NCBI GenBank assembly: GCA_046563655.1
Contig: CM102285.1
Span: 8,618,001 to 8,682,000 of the forward strand
From: Yuukianura sp. NJ FZ-2021
Taxonomy: Eukaryota
Length of the DNA: 64,000 bases
Direction: 5' to 3'
The notes under the pieces are model-generated. The model had not been told where the DNA came from. It worked only from the letters and a program-made list of their open reading frames with translations, and did not search any database. The number at the start of each line of letters is the position of its first letter. The first letter of the stretch is position 1. This document shows, in pieces, positions 61,201 through 64,000 of the stretch. Made by a program: the position numbers and the translations under genes.

Positions 61201-61858
61201 GTTGTAACTGGAGTTTTGCAAAGCAACTACACTGCTTAGCTCGAACTAAAGTATACACGATGTTGAATTCCAGTATAGTTGACTTCACTTATATACAGGA
61301 AAACAACAACCATGAACTTTTGTAAACATCTAACAAGGCTTTATGATCAAAGAAGACGTGTAACCTCAATTAAGCCAACTTTAACTTCAAAAAGATTTAC
61401 ATCTCGGATGTTTTCTTCTTTTTACCTCGGGCAGAGAAAGCTATGCAGCAGTAATGCCTTGGATGAACCGTAAATTATTTTCATGAAAGGAAACTTTTTA
61501 AGGCGCTCTATTTATTAAGGATGTGGAGCGGAGTTTATATGCGGATAAACCGGATTTTCATAGCATGTTTTTAAAATTTCACTGACTCAGCTTCTTTGCA
61601 AAAAGCTAAAAAGCAGCGCTCTGATGATCTCTTTTCTCCCACTTCCTCTTTCCCTTTAGTACCTTTCGTCTAAAAATAGAAAAGTTTTAGACTAAAAAAG
61701 CTCCAGTCTTAGTTTTTTTTTTGAAGGTAATGAATAAAGAATAGGATGGATATTGGATGAAGAATGTGATTGTGATGTTTTATCCATATTTCAGGGCAGA
61801 CGCAGCCTCATCAGAGAACTACTTGCCGGAGCGTGGCGGCCTCACGGAGTTTGGCAAG
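46217..61858 (+). CDS. Membrane dipeptidase (peptidase M19, DPEP-like), 5' part; exons 46217-46421, 51697-51871, 56179-56260, 56333-56407, 57007-57139, 60018-60074, 60164-60257, 61795-61858; continues past the window
   Basis: Spliced translation gives a TM anchor ([24 protein letters not shown]), [75 protein letters not shown] and GLTEFGK. All junctions are phase-compatible. Exon 1 is less certain (GC donor). Confidence 0.92.
46793..47061. mobile_element. MITE with 17-bp TIRs (hAT-like) in dipeptidase intron 1
   Basis: TAGAGAGGTCCAGATTT ... AAATCTGGACCTCTCTA with internal agaatc/gattct repeats; no TSD seen. Confidence 0.8.
47387..48259. mobile_element. pogo/Tigger-type MITE containing a nested MITE
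   Basis: TA|CCGTATTTTCCC ... GGGAAAATACGG|TA; internal cggtgtacta repeats at both ends. Confidence 0.85.
47891..48113. mobile_element. Nested hAT-type MITE
   Basis: CAGAGTTGCTG ... CAGCAACACTG TIRs; flanks ggcatatact and ggcatact form a near-perfect 8-bp TSD. Confidence 0.7.
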
Positions 61859-64000
61859 GTGAGACTCCCACTTTCACTTTGGCCTAACTAGATTCTTATG
61901 GAAATTTTAATAAGTTTCTCCCTTCTACCCGGCTTTTCTCTTGTCTTTGTACTCTAAGGGCACTTCTTTTTAAAGAAAACGAGCTCTAAAACCTGCGTCT
62001 CCCGGATGCCTAATTCAGTTTGAATAGAACTCGGAAATGACTTTATAAAGTCGAGGTCTCGTGGCAAGGAAGTGGCCGTTGCCAACCAAGGAGGTTTACT
62101 TTTAACAAAAGTTTACAATGCCCTTTGAACCTACTCCAAACACTTCAAGGCTAAGTTCAACTATAAGTTGTCTCCCACTCTGCTTATGGGCGAACTGGGA
62201 AATGGTTCCATTTAAATTGAGAGAAAAAGTTGTCGAGGTTCCATAAAATATTTGTGGTTGGTGGTGTTGCTTTTTCTGTCTTTGTAAAGAGGAAGATGTA
62301 AAATTTGGTAAGGGTGCTCCTACTGCGTTCTTTAAAAGAAGGGGAAGTGACAATAAAGATGTAAATTGTTGGTAAGAAAGTGTGAAAATGTTCAGTAAAA
62401 AGACATATGGAGCAAAGTACTTTGAAGAAGTAAGCCTTCACTGGAAGACCGGTTACTCCTCCATCATTAAAAACCCACAGGGATGAAATGTATATGACCT
62501 TCCAAATGGAAACATTACTCACCTATAAACTTCTGTTCTTATTCTCATCTTTTTTCTAACAAAGAGCTAAAAAAGGAAGAAGAGAGTTGAATAGTAATGA
62601 GATAGGCTGGAAAGCTCCGTGGACCATAATCGTGCCGCTGAAAACTTATTCTAACCTAAATAAATTCAAAGTGTGCTTTTCAAAAAAGACTTAAAAAAGT
62701 GTAGAGAAAACTTTGAACTTTTTGCGGACTAAGCTCATGGTATGACCATAATTTTGGATCATGCAAAATGTGCTCACTTTTTTCTTTTGAGGAAAAAGTC
62801 AAGGGAGAGATCAGGAGAAAGTGCGGGCGACTGTAAATAGAGTTTCTGGAAAGTAGCAAACGGGGTCTAATGCAATGTAAACTCCTTCGGCGTGGCTTTC
62901 CAGCCTGTCACTTTCATGCATTCTGCAAATAGTCAGTTCAGTTCGTTGGCTTGATTCCTTTAAGGGCATCGAGAGCCCATACCCTAAGTTTTCCCGCCTT
63001 CTCTTCAAAATGAAATGGAGTGAAAAGGAACAGAGAAGAAAAAGCCTTTCAGATTCAAAAAAGTTCAGTTTTTGTAAGATTTTGAAAAAAGATCAATAGG
63101 GACGGATTAGCAAAAGGAGAAGGAGGTGGCTGCTGGTGAAAGCAGCGTGGGAGGGGAAATTGTAATGGTAGGAAATTAAAATACAAAGCGGCATGTAGCG
63201 AATAGGGCTTAAGGGCTTACACCTACCTCAGGACTTGAAACAACGGAGGCATATGGTAGTCCACCAGCAGAGAGAAAGTTCTGACCAGTGGAGAAAGTTA
63301 GGAACTTACATCCAAAGCAATTAGTTTGTACAGTATTAGGAACTGTAGGTATTGCTAAACCCTACTAGTACACTGATTTCCCACTAATCACAACTAAATG
63401 CGTTTCCACCAGGGAACGATTACTTCCACTTGTAATTGAATCCCCAAGTTCGTCACATCTAAAACGAGAGACCATACAGGATCAGATTCCATACAAAAAC
63501 AACGCTTACATTCATTCACAGCAGATTTTATTTAAAAAACTGTAAATGCTTTTCACAAATTTTTTGAAATTTTTCATTTTGAAATTTGTAAATTAAAAGA
63601 ACATTGTGAAGGAAGATCGCTGAGGATCATTTCCATTCGACTCTGGAAATTATGGCGACAGGATTCTAAAATGTGAAATCTAAACATCAACCTACCCTAA
63701 TAACTTTACCTAGCATGCTCAGAATTGTTTAGTTTGCGGATTATTTTTGAGACGTTGGGTAACATAACCTGAGTAGCTGTGTAAGTTAAAATATAGCACT
63801 GTTGAAAGCAAAAGTTACTTGAAAGCAATGATGTGGGTGAAAGTTATTTGCCTGAATGTGGGTTTTGTTGAAAGTGGAAATTGAGGAAATGGATAAAAGG
63901 GAAAAGAAGCCTGGAGACAGAAGACAAACTTTGACTTTGTAGAGAAAGTAGAGAACGAGAGCGTAAGAAGATTTATCAAAATCAGTACTTCCAGTCCTTG

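Noticed and set aside
52000..64000. Many 60-135 aa ORFs in the ORF track
   Set aside because: They lie in dipeptidase introns and show no motifs; only 57043-57249 overlaps a real exon.

Overview
AT-rich eukaryotic genomic DNA with short spliceosomal introns, most likely from an arthropod-like invertebrate; the species cannot be named from sequence alone. The left end holds a probable first coding exon of katanin p80 (minus strand), head-to-head with a complete 5-exon mitochondrial phenylalanyl-tRNA synthetase gene (FARS2-like, 1773-3546, +). About 3.8-34 kb is a nested transposon graveyard: BEL/Pao and Ty3/Gypsy LTR elements, a CR1/L2-type LINE split by a young Gypsy element, Tc1/mariner, pogo/Tigger, hAT and Harbinger-like remnants, a BED-finger ORF and an FBXW7-like WD40 pseudogene. 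Nearly all orientable coding remnants there lie on the minus strand, as in a uni-strand (flamenco-like) piRNA cluster. Two different Gypsy elements carry an extra non-env zinc-knuckle ORF directly before the 3' LTR. Further right are an orphan 350-aa ORF, three tandem small single-pass proline-rich membrane protein genes sharing an upstream AGGTCA repeat, and the 5' part of a large-intron membrane dipeptidase (peptidase M19) gene running off the window end. All calls come from manual translation and motif recall; no database searches were run.
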